Assembly: GCA_041490525.1 (NCBI GenBank)
Contig: JBGPTH010000001.1
Span: 44,115 to 108,114, forward strand
Length of the DNA: 64,000 bases
Reading direction: 5' to 3'
DNA from: Nitrospiria bacterium
Lineage (GTDB): Bacteria > Nitrospirota > Nitrospiria > Nitrospirales > NS-4
Position numbers and translations under genes: made by a program. Within the stretch, counting starts at the first letter, position 1, and each line of letters begins with the position of its first letter. Positions 34,778 through 44,274 of the stretch are shown in pieces. A model generated the notes under the pieces. That model saw only the letters and a program-made list of their open reading frames with translations, did not search any database and was not told the origin of the DNA.

Positions 34778-35365
34778 CTATTTCTCCACGATCGTTACGG
34801 TCATTTCAATCCGCTCGTTCGGCAAGTCATTCGCCCCGCGCGGCGCGTTGACGATCTTATCCGCCACCTCCAAACCTCGAATCACCTCCCCGAAGGCGGT
34901 GTACTGGCGGTCGAGAAAGGGAGAGTCCTTGACCACGATGAAGAACTGCGATCCGGCGCTGTCCGGATGATTGGAGCGGGCCATGGACACGATGCCGCGC
35001 TTGTGGGGCTTCTCGTTGAACTCGGCCTTCAGCTTGTGCGACGGGCCGCCCATTCCGTACTCGCTCTTCTTGTTGGGATCCTTGGTATTGGGATCCCCGC
35101 CCTGAATCATGAACCCCGGAATCACCCGGTGAAAGAGCGTCTCGTTGTAGAAGCCTGACTTGGCCAGCGTGATGAAATTCTCCATGTGCCTCGGCGCCAG
35201 CTCCGGGAAAAATTTGATCTCCATCTCGCCGAATTTGGTCTTGATGATCGCGTGGGGCTCCATTTTCCCTCCTCCGGTTGGCTTTTTGTCCTCGGCGGCA
35301 GATGCATTCCCCACGAAGGCCATGAGCAGCAACGCCAGCATGGCTAGACGGTTCTGGTATCGCAT
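34778..35365 (-). CDS. peptidyl-prolyl cis-trans isomerase, cyclophilin type (secreted), tandem paralogue
   Basis: Signal peptide 'LAMLALLLMAFVGNASA'. Motifs 'FHRVIPGFMIQGGDP' and 'VSMARSNHPDSAGSQFFIV'. Confidence 0.9.
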   Translation of the reverse strand: MRYQNRLAMLALLLMAFVGNASAAEDKKPTGGGKMEPHAIIKTKFGEMEIKFFPELAPRHMENFITLAKSGFYNETLFHRVIPGFMIQGGDPNTKDPNKKSEYGMGGPSHKLKAEFNEKPHKRGIVSMARSNHPDSAGSQFFIVVKDSPFLDRQYTAFGEVIRGLEVADKIVNAPRGANDLPNERIEMTVTIVEK

Positions 35366-36075
35366 GGGTCCTCCTTGTCTCGTTTCAACGCCTCGAGGGC
35401 TTGCCTCGCAGCCCTCTGCTCGGCGTCCTTCTTGGTCCTTCCGTGACCGACCCCGTACCGTTGGTTCCGGATCAGGATCTCGACCTCGAACCGCTTCTCG
35501 TGATCCGGGCCCGTTTCCCGGATCGTCCGGTAGTGCGGGAGGACCTCAAACTCACGCTGACACACTTCCTGGAGGTCGGTCTTGAAATCCGTCTTACCGA
35601 ACAGCGTCCGGTCACAGCCGAGCAGTTCCTCCCGGAACACGGCCGTCACGCACCCTCGCGCGGCCTCCAGCCCGCCGTCGAGGTACACCCCCGCAAGGAC
35701 CGCTTCGAGCGCGTCCGCCAGGATGGACGCCTTCTCGTGCCCCTGGGTGACCCGCTCCCCGCGTCCCAGGCGGAGCGCCTCGCCGAGCCCGATCCGGCGC
35801 GCCACCCCGGACAGGGTCTTCTCGCTGACCAGCCGTGACCGCAGCTTCGACAGCTCCCCCTCGGCGGCGTCAGGAAACGCCGCGAGGAGATAATCGCTCA
35901 CGACGAGATTTAAAACCGCGTCACCCAGAAACTCCAGCCGCTCGTTGTCGTGCTCCCCCGCTCCGCGCGCTTCATTGAGGTAGGAGGCGTGGGTGAGAGC
36001 CTCCACCAACAGGGGCTCCTGCCGAAACCGGTATCCGAGCCGGTGTTGAAGGGCCTCCAGCCCGCCCGCCGGCAT
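35344..36075 (-). CDS. rnc: ribonuclease III
   Basis: RNase III signature 'NERLEFLGDAVLNLVVSDYL' plus a C-terminal dsRBD ('HEKRFEVEILI...GHGRTKKDAEQRAA'). Confidence 0.95.
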   Translation of the reverse strand: MPAGGLEALQHRLGYRFRQEPLLVEALTHASYLNEARGAGEHDNERLEFLGDAVLNLVVSDYLLAAFPDAAEGELSKLRSRLVSEKTLSGVARRIGLGEALRLGRGERVTQGHEKASILADALEAVLAGVYLDGGLEAARGCVTAVFREELLGCDRTLFGKTDFKTDLQEVCQREFEVLPHYRTIRETGPDHEKRFEVEILIRNQRYGVGHGRTKKDAEQRAARQALEALKRDKEDPCDTRTV

Positions 36076-36081
36076 GGGCCG

Positions 36082-37335
36082 TTACACCGCACAACGGGTA
36101 AAGACGAGGCAGGCGTTGACGCCCCCGAACCCGAAGGAGTTGGACAGGACGGTGCGAACCTCGGTTCGTCGGGCGACATTGGGGATGTAGTCCAGGTCGC
36201 ACTCGGGATCGGGCACCTCCTGATTGATGGTGGGGGGCAGGACCCCGCGGTGGATGGCCAGGATGCTGAAGACCGCTTCGATCCCGCCGGCGGCGCCCAG
36301 GAGGTGCCCGGTCATGGACTTCGTCGAGCTGACCGGCAGGCGGCCCGCATGCTCCCCGAACACCTGCTTCAGGGCGACAGTCTCGATCCGGTCGGCCATC
36401 GTGGAGGTGGCGTGGGCATTGACGTACTCCACCGCCTCCGGCGAAAGGCCACCATCCGCCAGGGCCAGGCGCATGCACCGCACGGCCCCTCGGCCGTCCT
36501 CGGGAGGCGCCGTGATGTGATGGGCGTCGGCCGTCATCCCGTAGCCCACCACCTCGGCATAGATCCGGGCGCCGCGCCGGCGAGCCGACTCCAGCTCCTC
36601 CAGGACGACCACGCCGGCACCCTCCCCCAGCACGAACCCATCGCGTTCCTTGTCGAAGGGGCGGCTGGCGCGTTCCGGTTCGGCGTTCCGCGTCGAGAGG
36701 GCCTTGGCCGAGGCGAACCCCGCCACGCCCAGCGGGGTGATCGCCGCCTCCGCGCCGCCGGCGACCATCGCATCCGCCTCGCCATGCTGGATGATCCGGA
36801 AGGCATCCCCGATGCAGTGATTACCTGTGGCGCAGGCCGTGACCGCGCAGGAATTCGGTCCGCGCGCACCGAGCCGTATCGACACCTGGCCCGAGGCCAG
36901 GTTGATGATCACCATCGGAATGAAAAACGGGGAGACCCGACCGGGCCCCTTCTCGAGGAGAATTTTATGGTAATGCTCGATGGCCGGGAGCCCGCCGATC
37001 CCGGAACCGATATAGACGCCGACCCGATCTGCGTTCTCCTCAGTGATCTTGAGACCCGCGTCCTCCACCGCCATCAGGCTCGCCCCGACGGCAAAATGGA
37101 TGAAGGCGTCCATCTTCTTGATGTCCTTCTTATCCATGTAGTCGCCGGGTTCGAAATCCTTGACCTCACCGGCGATCTGGCAGTCCTGGTCGGCGGGATC
37201 GAATTTCGTGATGCGGGCGATCCCCGAGCGCCCGGCGCACAGCGCGCTCCACGTCTTCTCGACCCCCGTGCCCAGCGGCGTGATGAGGCCGAGGCCCGTG
37301 ACGACGACCCGTCTCTTCAGGATAGCGGTGCCCAT
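36082..37335 (-). CDS. fabF: 3-oxoacyl-ACP synthase II
   Basis: Start at '[22 protein letters not shown]' (37335); the longer listed ORF would overlap acpP. Active-site region '[15 protein letters not shown]' and '[14 protein letters not shown]'. Confidence 0.93.
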   Translation of the reverse strand: MGTAILKRRVVVTGLGLITPLGTGVEKTWSALCAGRSGIARITKFDPADQDCQIAGEVKDFEPGDYMDKKDIKKMDAFIHFAVGASLMAVEDAGLKITEENADRVGVYIGSGIGGLPAIEHYHKILLEKGPGRVSPFFIPMVIINLASGQVSIRLGARGPNSCAVTACATGNHCIGDAFRIIQHGEADAMVAGGAEAAITPLGVAGFASAKALSTRNAEPERASRPFDKERDGFVLGEGAGVVVLEELESARRRGARIYAEVVGYGMTADAHHITAPPEDGRGAVRCMRLALADGGLSPEAVEYVNAHATSTMADRIETVALKQVFGEHAGRLPVSSTKSMTGHLLGAAGGIEAVFSILAIHRGVLPPTINQEVPDPECDLDYIPNVARRTEVRTVLSNSFGFGGVNACLVFTRCAV

Positions 37336-37360
37336 ACCGGCGTGAAGCGAGGCGGCCCCG

Positions 37361-37603
37361 TCAGATATTTTCTTGGATATATTCCACGGCATCCTTGACG
37401 GTCAGGATTTTCTCCGCCTTGTCGTCCGGGATCTCGATTTCGAAGGCCTCCTCGAAGCGCATCACCAGCTCCACGGTATCCAGCGAATCCGCGCCGAGGT
37501 CTTCAACGAACTTGGCGTCAGGGACTACATCCTCCTCATCGACGCCTAACTCCTCCGCAATGATCTTTTTGATGCGCCCCTCAACATCTGCCATAGATCT
37601 CAC
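37361..37603 (-). CDS. acpP: acyl carrier protein
   Basis: '[26 protein letters not shown]' carries the DSLD phosphopantetheine-attachment motif. Confidence 0.97.
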   Translation of the reverse strand: MRSMADVEGRIKKIIAEELGVDEEDVVPDAKFVEDLGADSLDTVELVMRFEEAFEIEIPDDKAEKILTVKDAVEYIQENI

Positions 37604-37649
37604 TCCCTCCTCCTTCCCGGCTCCTGCCAGCGCGAGGCCGAGACCGGCC

Positions 37650-38393
37650 TCACCCCATCATCATCCCGCCGTTCACGTGCAACACGTGCCCCGTGATATA
37701 CGCCGCCTCAGGCGACACCAGGAAGAGCACGGCGTGCGCCACCTCCAGTGGGCTCCCCAGCCGCCCGAGGGGAATCTGCTTGAGGAGAGCCTCCCTGACC
37801 TCCCCGCTGAGCCCCTGGGTCATGGCCGTCTCGATGAATCCCGGCGCCACCGCGTTCGCGGTGATCCCCCGGCTGGCGTATTCTCGGGCCACCGTCTTGG
37901 TGAATCCGATCACGGCCGCTTTCGAGGCCGCGTAATTGGCCTGCCCGGCATTGCCCATGACCCCGACGACCGAGGCGATATTGACCATCGCGCCCCCGCG
38001 CTGTTTGGACATCGCGGGGAGCACGGCCTTGGTGCAATGGAACGTCCCCTTGAGGTTGACGTCGAGCACCAGGTTCCAGTCCTCCTCCTTCATGCGCAGC
38101 AGCAGCCCATCGCGCGTGATGCCCGCATTGTTGACGAGGATGTCGATGCGTCCGAACTCGGCCAGGACCTGGTCGGCCATCGCCTTGACGTCCACCCAAT
38201 CGGCCACGTTGGCCTTGATCGCCAGGGCCCGGCGCCCGTAGCTCTTGACCGCCGACACCGTCTCCTGCGCGCGGGCCACATCCATGTCCACCACCGCCAC
38301 ATCCGCCCCCGCCCCGGCCAGGGTCTCGGCGATGGCCCGCCCGATCCCCTGGGCGGCCCCCGTCACGATCGCGATCTTGCCTTCAATTCGCAT
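37650..38393 (-). CDS. fabG: 3-oxoacyl-ACP reductase
   Basis: Start ATG 38393 ('[22 protein letters not shown]'); the listed 315-aa ORF is an upstream overrun. 'NNAGI' and 'YAASKAA' (YxxxK) are present. Confidence 0.92.
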   Translation of the reverse strand: MRIEGKIAIVTGAAQGIGRAIAETLAGAGADVAVVDMDVARAQETVSAVKSYGRRALAIKANVADWVDVKAMADQVLAEFGRIDILVNNAGITRDGLLLRMKEEDWNLVLDVNLKGTFHCTKAVLPAMSKQRGGAMVNIASVVGVMGNAGQANYAASKAAVIGFTKTVAREYASRGITANAVAPGFIETAMTQGLSGEVREALLKQIPLGRLGSPLEVAHAVLFLVSPEAAYITGHVLHVNGGMMMG

Positions 38394-38425
38394 GACAGGC
38401 CTGTCGCCGTCCCTCCCAAAGCCGC

Positions 38426-39364
38426 TCAGGCGGCCAGGGCCTCGACCGTCGCCGCCAGGCTGGCCGGGTCTTGCACGTTGAGCAGCCGCAGCTCCGGGTC
38501 GATCCGCTTCGCCAGCCCCGTCAGGACCTTTCCGGGCCCGACCTCGACCAGCGTGCGCACCCCGATCCTCCGGAGGCCCCGCACCGACTCCTCCCACAAG
38601 ACCGGTGAGGCAAGCTGCCGGACCAGGGAGGCCCGCACATCCGAGACCGTCCGGATCGGCTTCGCATCGGCATTATTGACCAGCGGGACGGTGAGGTCGT
38701 TCAACGGGACACACGCCACGTCGACCGCCAACCGATCGGCCGCCTCCCGCATGAGGCTCGTGTGGACCGGCACACTGACCGGCAAGAGCACGGTCTTCCG
38801 GCACCCTTTCGCCTTTGCCAGACGCACGGCCTCCTCGACCGCGGCCTTCTCTCCCGCAATGACGATCTGGCCGGGGCCATTGAAGTTCGCGGGCGCCACC
38901 ACGCCCAGCGCCGAGGCCTCCCGGCAGACCTCCGTCACCATGGTCCCGTCCACACCAAGGAGCGCATAGACCAACCCTCTCCCCGCGGGCACGGCCTCCT
39001 GCATGTAGCGCCCCCGCTTGCGGACCAGCACCACGGCATCCGGGAACGCCAATCCGCCGGCGGCCACGAGCGCGGAGAATTCCCCCAAGCTGTGCCCCGC
39101 CACGGCGATCGGCCGAATACCCGCCCGGTCGAGGCCCCGCAGGGCGATCACGCTGACCGTCAGCAGCGCGGGTTGCGTGAACTCGGTCAGGTTGAGCTGC
39201 TCGATCGGTCCGTTGAAGCACAGCGCCGCCAGATCGAAGCCCAGCGCTTGTCCGGCCTGGGCGAAGACCGCCCGCGCCTCCTGATCGCGCTCATAAAATT
39301 CCCGTCCCATCCCGACGCCCTGCGACCCCTGACCGGGAAAGATAAAGCCGATTCCCGAATTCAT
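38426..39364 (-). CDS. fabD: malonyl CoA-ACP transacylase
   Basis: Start ATG 39364 ('MNSGIGFIFPGQGSQGVGMG'). Active site 'GHSLGEFSALV'. Confidence 0.93.
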   Translation of the reverse strand: MNSGIGFIFPGQGSQGVGMGREFYERDQEARAVFAQAGQALGFDLAALCFNGPIEQLNLTEFTQPALLTVSVIALRGLDRAGIRPIAVAGHSLGEFSALVAAGGLAFPDAVVLVRKRGRYMQEAVPAGRGLVYALLGVDGTMVTEVCREASALGVVAPANFNGPGQIVIAGEKAAVEEAVRLAKAKGCRKTVLLPVSVPVHTSLMREAADRLAVDVACVPLNDLTVPLVNNADAKPIRTVSDVRASLVRQLASPVLWEESVRGLRRIGVRTLVEVGPGKVLTGLAKRIDPELRLLNVQDPASLAATVEALAA

Positions 39365-39453
39365 AGGGCTACCATATGATGGAATCCCGGTCCCCTTGTC
39401 AACAGCAAACTGGCCCTCGACGGTTCCCCGCGGACACCGGCCGGAGGATCGCG

Positions 39454-40278
39454 CTACACGATGAATTCCCCGCCATCCACGCAGATGACATTGCCCGTCA
39501 CCCACTGCGCCTTGGGATGGGCCAGCAGTCCGATCGCCTCGGCCACGTCCTGCGGGGTCGTGAGCCGTCCGGCCGGATTATTCCGCACCGCCGTCTGAAG
39601 CATCCCCTCCGACCCCGGAATCTTCCGGAGGGCCGGCGTGTCCGTGACCCCCGCCATGATGGCATTGACCGTGATTCCCAGCGGGCCCAACTCAAGCGTC
39701 AGTTGCCGGACGTGCGACTCCAGGGCCGCTTTGGCGGCGGACACCGCCCCGTACGTCTTCCAGACCCGCGCCCCGCCGGCGCTGGTCATGGCGAAGATCC
39801 GCCCTCCACGTCCCAGGAGCTTGCGCGCGACCAGATCCTGGGTCCAGTACACGAGACTGTTGGCCATCACGTCGAGCGTCATGTCCATCTGGGCCTTCGT
39901 GAGGCTGTCCTCCGGCACAGCCGCGATGAAGGGCTTCAGGGTTCCGAACGCCAGCGAATGAAGGAGGACCTGGATGGAGGTCCCCCCGCCGGGTCCGCCC
40001 CCCCGCCCCTGAAAGGCGTCCAGCACCTCTCGGCGCTTGTCGGGATCGGCGGCGTTCACATTGAAGAAGAGGGCCTCCTGCCCTTTCGCCCGAATGGCGG
40101 CGGTGATCCGTTCGACGTTTTCCACCGTCGACTTTCGGTCCAGGTGCACCCCCAGGATATGCATCCCTAGCCCGGCGAGTTCCAGCGAGACCGCCTCTCC
40201 GAACCCGCTGGAGGCCCCCAGAATCAACGCCCACTGCCCAGCCAACGGCGACACGCTTCGATCGACGTTCCCGGCCAT
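39454..40278 (-). CDS. SDR-family enoyl-ACP reductase candidate (FabL-like)
   Basis: 'LILGASSGFGEAV' dinucleotide loop. 'YGAVSAAK' has the Y-x6-K spacing of FabI/FabL-type enoyl reductases rather than Y-x3-K. The C-terminal 'VNAIMAGVTDTPALRKIP...NPAGRLTTPQDVAEAIGLL...WVTGNVICVDGG' resembles B. subtilis FabL from memory. The gene is embedded between fabH and fabD. Confidence 0.55.
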   Translation of the reverse strand: MAGNVDRSVSPLAGQWALILGASSGFGEAVSLELAGLGMHILGVHLDRKSTVENVERITAAIRAKGQEALFFNVNAADPDKRREVLDAFQGRGGGPGGGTSIQVLLHSLAFGTLKPFIAAVPEDSLTKAQMDMTLDVMANSLVYWTQDLVARKLLGRGGRIFAMTSAGGARVWKTYGAVSAAKAALESHVRQLTLELGPLGITVNAIMAGVTDTPALRKIPGSEGMLQTAVRNNPAGRLTTPQDVAEAIGLLAHPKAQWVTGNVICVDGGEFIV

Positions 40279-40288
40279 TACACCTCCC

Positions 40289-41269
40289 CTACCACTTCAC
40301 CACGGCGGAGGCCCAGGTCAGGCCGGACCCGAAGGCGGCCATGAGGATCCGGTTTCCCGGTTTGATCCGTCCCGCGCGCACCGCCTGATCCAACGCCAGC
40401 GGGATCGAGGCCGCCGAGGTGTTGCCGAATCGATCCAGGTTGGTGACCATCCGCTCCTTCTCCAGACCCAGCCGTTCCACCACGGCGTTGAGAATCCGCA
40501 CGTTGGCCTGATGGGGGATGAACAGGTCCACGTCCTTCACGTCCATCTGGTTGGCGGCCAGGGCCTCCCGCGCCGTCGCTTCCAGCGTCTTGACGGCCAC
40601 CTTGAAGGTCTCATGGCCCTTCATCTTCATGAACTGCTGCCGGTCGTCCAGCATCTGCTTCGACGCCGGCGCCCGGGAACCCCCGCCGGGCACGCAGACC
40701 AGATCCCACAGGTCCCCATCGGAGTGCAGGTGCGTGGAGAGGATGCCCCGGTCATCGGGCGAGAGTTCGATCAGGGCCGCCCCCGCGCCGTCCCCGAACA
40801 GGACGCAGGTGTTCCGGTCCGTCCAGTCAATGATCGCAGACATGACCTCGGTCCCGATCAACAGGACCCGCTGGTAGGTGCCGGAGCGGACATAGAGGTC
40901 GGCCACCGACAGGCCGAAGAGAAACCCGGAACAGGCCGCGGCCAGATCGAAGGCGCTCGCGCGGCGCGCGTTCAGATTGCGCTGGATCAGGCAGGCGGTG
41001 GAGGGCAGCGGCATGTCGGGCGTGCACGTGGCGACCAGGATGAGGTCGAGGTCGGCCGCGTCCCACCCACCCACCGCCAGGGCCTCCCGGGCCGCCTCGG
41101 TCCCGAGATCCGAGCTCGCCACGCCCTCGGCCACCACGCGGCGCTCCCGAATTCCGGTCCGTTCCGCGATCCACTCGTCCGAGGTGACGACCAGGCGCTC
41201 AAGGTCCGCATTACGCATGACGCGGGGGGGGACGGCCGACCCGGTGGCCACGATCCGGGCTCTCCTCAT
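40289..41269 (-). CDS. fabH: 3-oxoacyl-ACP synthase III
   Basis: Start ATG 41269 ('MRRARIVATGSAVPPRVMRNADLE'), overlapping the plsX stop by 4 nt. Motifs 'AACSGFLFGL', 'IPHQANVRI' and 'GNTSAASIPLAL'. Confidence 0.93.
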   Translation of the reverse strand: MRRARIVATGSAVPPRVMRNADLERLVVTSDEWIAERTGIRERRVVAEGVASSDLGTEAAREALAVGGWDAADLDLILVATCTPDMPLPSTACLIQRNLNARRASAFDLAAACSGFLFGLSVADLYVRSGTYQRVLLIGTEVMSAIIDWTDRNTCVLFGDGAGAALIELSPDDRGILSTHLHSDGDLWDLVCVPGGGSRAPASKQMLDDRQQFMKMKGHETFKVAVKTLEATAREALAANQMDVKDVDLFIPHQANVRILNAVVERLGLEKERMVTNLDRFGNTSAASIPLALDQAVRAGRIKPGNRILMAAFGSGLTWASAVVKW

Positions 41270-42297
41270 TGGGCCTCCTTGCCCTTGATCCCGTACAGCG
41301 CCACACTCTCCTCGATGTCCCGCTGGATACGCTCGTTGACGCGGCCTTCGTAGAATTCCTTCGCCACCCGGATCGCATTCTTGACGGCCCGCCCGGATGA
41401 GCGGCCGTGGGCGATGATGCAGATCCCGTTGACCCCCAGGAGGGGCGCACCCCCGAACTCCGCATAGTCCATTCGCCGCTTGTACCGGCCGAAGGCAGGC
41501 CGGAGCAGGGAATAGCCCATCCGGCTCAGGAACGATCCCGCGGCGATCTCCTTGATGAGCATCTTCTTCAGAGCCTCGGCTACGCCCTCCGTGATCTTGA
41601 GCGCCACGTTGCCGATGAAGCCGTCGCACACAACCACGTCAGCCGCGCCGGTAAAGATCTCACGCCCTTCGACGTTGCCCACGAAGTTCAGCGGGCTCTC
41701 CTTGAGTCGCTTGAAGGTTTCCTTCGTCACCTCGTTCCCCTTGGTGTCCTCCTCCCCGATGCTCAACAGGCCGATCGTGGGATGCGCCTTGTTCAGGACG
41801 TGCTGGGCATACTCGTGTCCCATGAGCGCGAACTGGATCAGATGGTGCGCGGTGCAGTCCACCGTCGCGCCCACGTCCAGGAGGATCGATTGTCCCGTCA
41901 GAGTCGGCAAGAGCGTCGCGATGGCCGGACGCTCCACCCCTTTCAGGACCCCGAGGAGGAAGAACGAAGTGATGACCGTCGCGCCCGTATTGCCGGCGCT
42001 GATGACCGCCACCGCCTCACCCTGCTTGACCAATTCGGCGGCGACCCAGATCGAAGAATCCCGTTTGCGGCGGACCACCTGGGACGGGCGCTCATGCATC
42101 TCGACCCGCTGCGAGGCGTGGTGCACACTCAGGCCGGGGAGACCGGTCAGGCCCTGGCGGCGCAGTTCTTCCGTGATCAGGCCTTCAACGCCGACGAGCA
42201 CGACCTCCACCCCGTACTCGCGCACCGCGAGCGCGGCCCCCTCGACCTCGGCGGCCGGGGCGTGATCGCCTCCCATGGCATCCAACGCGACCTTCAT
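41266..42297 (-). CDS. plsX: phosphate acyltransferase PlsX
   Basis: 'MKVALDAMGGDHAPAAEVEGA' and a 343-aa length in the conserved rpmF-plsX-fabH context. Confidence 0.93.
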   Translation of the reverse strand: MKVALDAMGGDHAPAAEVEGAALAVREYGVEVVLVGVEGLITEELRRQGLTGLPGLSVHHASQRVEMHERPSQVVRRKRDSSIWVAAELVKQGEAVAVISAGNTGATVITSFFLLGVLKGVERPAIATLLPTLTGQSILLDVGATVDCTAHHLIQFALMGHEYAQHVLNKAHPTIGLLSIGEEDTKGNEVTKETFKRLKESPLNFVGNVEGREIFTGAADVVVCDGFIGNVALKITEGVAEALKKMLIKEIAAGSFLSRMGYSLLRPAFGRYKRRMDYAEFGGAPLLGVNGICIIAHGRSSGRAVKNAIRVAKEFYEGRVNERIQRDIEESVALYGIKGKEAQ

Positions 42298-42314
42298 GCC
42301 CAGCGCAGACCTCG

Positions 42315-42500
42315 TCAGGACTCCTTGACGGCGATGACCTCTTGGCCCTTATAGGTCCCGCACGTCAGACAGGTAAAGTGCGGCGGCTTCGGCTGGTGGC
42401 ACTGGGGACACACGGACAGACTCTGCGGACGGATCCTGACCTTGGACGTGCGGCGCTTGTCACGCCGGGATTTGGAGTGCTTGTGTTTTGGGTTCGGCAT
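42315..42500 (-). CDS. rpmF: 50S ribosomal protein L32
   Basis: 'MPNPKHKHSKSRRDKRR...CPQCHQPKPPHFTCLTCGTYKG' is bL32 with a Zn ribbon. Confidence 0.95.
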   Translation of the reverse strand: MPNPKHKHSKSRRDKRRTSKVRIRPQSLSVCPQCHQPKPPHFTCLTCGTYKGQEVIAVKES

Positions 42501-42539
42501 AGGTCCTTCCTCTTGCCTCTTGGCATCGAACGGACGGGC

Positions 42540-43061
42540 TTATTTCTTCCTTAAATATTCCCGGAGCCCCGCCAGCCTCGGATCGGGCGGCGGTGCGCAC
42601 GCACAGGTCTCCACATTGAGGTCCTGGCCGCACTGGCCGCACAGCCCCCGACAATCCGACCGACACAGGGGGCTGAATGGAATCGCCAAGAGCACCTCCT
42701 GGCGCACGAGATCGTCCAGGACGACCACGTTATCCGTATAGTAGTAATCCTCCGCTTCATCTTCGGGCATCTGGTGCTCCCCGGGAGCCGGCGGAGGCGG
42801 CCCGGGAAGGAATTGGGCGGCCACGGGGATGTCCAGCGGGGCGTGAAACGGGCGCAGGCACCGCATGCACTCAAAGGTCACGGGCGCGGTGAGCCGGCCG
42901 GTCGCGCAGATGGCCTCCCCAGCTTTGGCCAAGTGCAGCTCGCCAGAGACCCGCTCCCGAAAGCGCGTCCCCGGAGCGCTCAGGTCCAGATCTTCCGCAT
43001 CCTCGGCGATGGAAACCCGGAGCCCTTCTTCCGGTATGTGAGTGACATCCACCTGGGTCAT
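42540..43061 (-). CDS. yceD: YceD/DUF177 family protein
   Basis: The C-terminal 'CRSDCRGLCGQCGQDLN' Cys cluster and the position upstream of rpmF are typical of DUF177. Confidence 0.8.
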   Translation of the reverse strand: MTQVDVTHIPEEGLRVSIAEDAEDLDLSAPGTRFRERVSGELHLAKAGEAICATGRLTAPVTFECMRCLRPFHAPLDIPVAAQFLPGPPPPAPGEHQMPEDEAEDYYYTDNVVVLDDLVRQEVLLAIPFSPLCRSDCRGLCGQCGQDLNVETCACAPPPDPRLAGLREYLRKK

Positions 43062-43127
43062 GGCCCCCCCTCATCAGAGAGTCACGACGAATTCGATCCC
43101 CTTGAGCCCAAACAGGGTGCGCCAAGC

Positions 43128-43355
43128 CTACCGCTCTTCAGCGAAAGCCACGAGCGCAATCGTCCGCGCGCGCTTGATGGCGATCGTCAACTCCCGTTGA
43201 TGCGCCATGCAATTGCCCGACACCCGGCGGGGAATGATCCGGCCCCGTTCGGTAAGGAAGTTCCGAATCAGGTTGACGTCCTTGTAATCAATCGCGATCT
43301 TGTCGTTACAAAACCGGCAGACCCGCCGGCGCTGAAAGAATCGTCCTCGCTCCAC
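43128..43355 (-). CDS. rpsR: 30S ribosomal protein S18
   Basis: '[55 protein letters not shown]' matches bS18. Confidence 0.96.
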   Translation of the reverse strand: MERGRFFQRRRVCRFCNDKIAIDYKDVNLIRNFLTERGRIIPRRVSGNCMAHQRELTIAIKRARTIALVAFAEER

Positions 43356-43422
43356 CTACGTGACCTCCAAACCGGGCTTGCTTGACCCGGCGTGACCCAA
43401 CGCAATATGCGGAATGCCGAAT

Positions 43423-43827
43423 TCAGATCGCTTCGTCGGCCTCGACATGGCCGATTTCCTCGAGCGATTCCCTCGTGTCGCGCTCGCCGGCGTGGTCCGT
43501 CCGTTTCGGCAGGAACCGGACGTTCTCGGCGACGACCTCATGCTTCGTAACCTTCTGGCCCTCTTTGGTCTCGAATTTCCGCATCTGCAGGCGCCCCTCA
43601 ATCAGAGCCCCGTTGCCCTTACTGAGGTACTGGCCGCAAGTCTCGGCCTGCTTGCCGAACACCACGATGTCGACGAAACAGACATCCTCGCGGATCTCCT
43701 CCCCCTGCCGGTAGCGGCGGTTGACCGCCAGCCCGAAATTGGCCACAGGAGTCCCGTTGGGCGCGTACCGGATCTCCGGATCCCGCGTCAGGTTCCCCAT
43801 GAGGATGATCTTATTAAACCCTGCCAT
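43423..43827 (-). CDS. ssb: single-stranded DNA-binding protein (short form)
   Basis: OB-fold 'FNKIILMGNLTRDPEIRYAPNGTPVANFGLAVNRRY...GALIEGRLQMRKFETKEG'. 134 aa. The tail ends 'HVEADEAI' instead of the canonical acidic D-D-D-I-P-F tip. Confidence 0.88.
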   Translation of the reverse strand: MAGFNKIILMGNLTRDPEIRYAPNGTPVANFGLAVNRRYRQGEEIREDVCFVDIVVFGKQAETCGQYLSKGNGALIEGRLQMRKFETKEGQKVTKHEVVAENVRFLPKRTDHAGERDTRESLEEIGHVEADEAI

Positions 43828-44161
43828 GCTCCAGCGCTCGGGCGGGTTCGTGTCCGGACGGGCGAGGGGGAAACTCCTTGAGCTTAACGGTCAGGAACTT
43901 CATCACGGCATCGTCCAGCCGGAAGAACCGCTCCAGGTCCGCGACGACGGCCCCGTTCCCTCGGTAATTCAGTTGGACGAAGACGCCTTTTTTTTCGTGT
44001 TTGACCTCGTAAGCCAGCTTCCGCTTGCCCCAGCTTTCGAGGCCCTCCACCGTCCCCCCGGCCTTTTCCACCGTTCCTTTGACTTTCTCGAGGACTTGCT
44101 GGACCTCATCATCGGGCAGTGACGGTCGGATGATGAAGACAGACTCGTAAAACTGCGCCAT
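43814..44161 (-). CDS. rpsF: 30S ribosomal protein S6
   Basis: 'MAQFYESVFIIRPSL...VEGLESWGKRKLAYEV' matches bS6. First gene of rpsF-ssb-rpsR. Confidence 0.95.
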   Translation of the reverse strand: MAQFYESVFIIRPSLPDDEVQQVLEKVKGTVEKAGGTVEGLESWGKRKLAYEVKHEKKGVFVQLNYRGNGAVVADLERFFRLDDAVMKFLTVKLKEFPPRPSGHEPARALEHGRV

Positions 44162-44274
44162 GTCGGCTCGCCTCCCTCATGGATCTAAAGCCCCGGAACC
44201 GGGTCCGGAGCAAGGTACCGCCAAATGGGCCTCACCGTAGCACAGCCTTCCTGCATAATCAAGGTGACGCGGGG

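Noticed and set aside
44162-44274. Possible rpsF promoter (TTGATT-17-TACGGT) and a small hairpin (CCGGA-N6-TCCGG) that might be an S6:S18-binding leader
   Set aside because: The -10 element is weak and the hairpin has only 5 bp. I cannot verify similarity to the known rpsF leader motif by eye.
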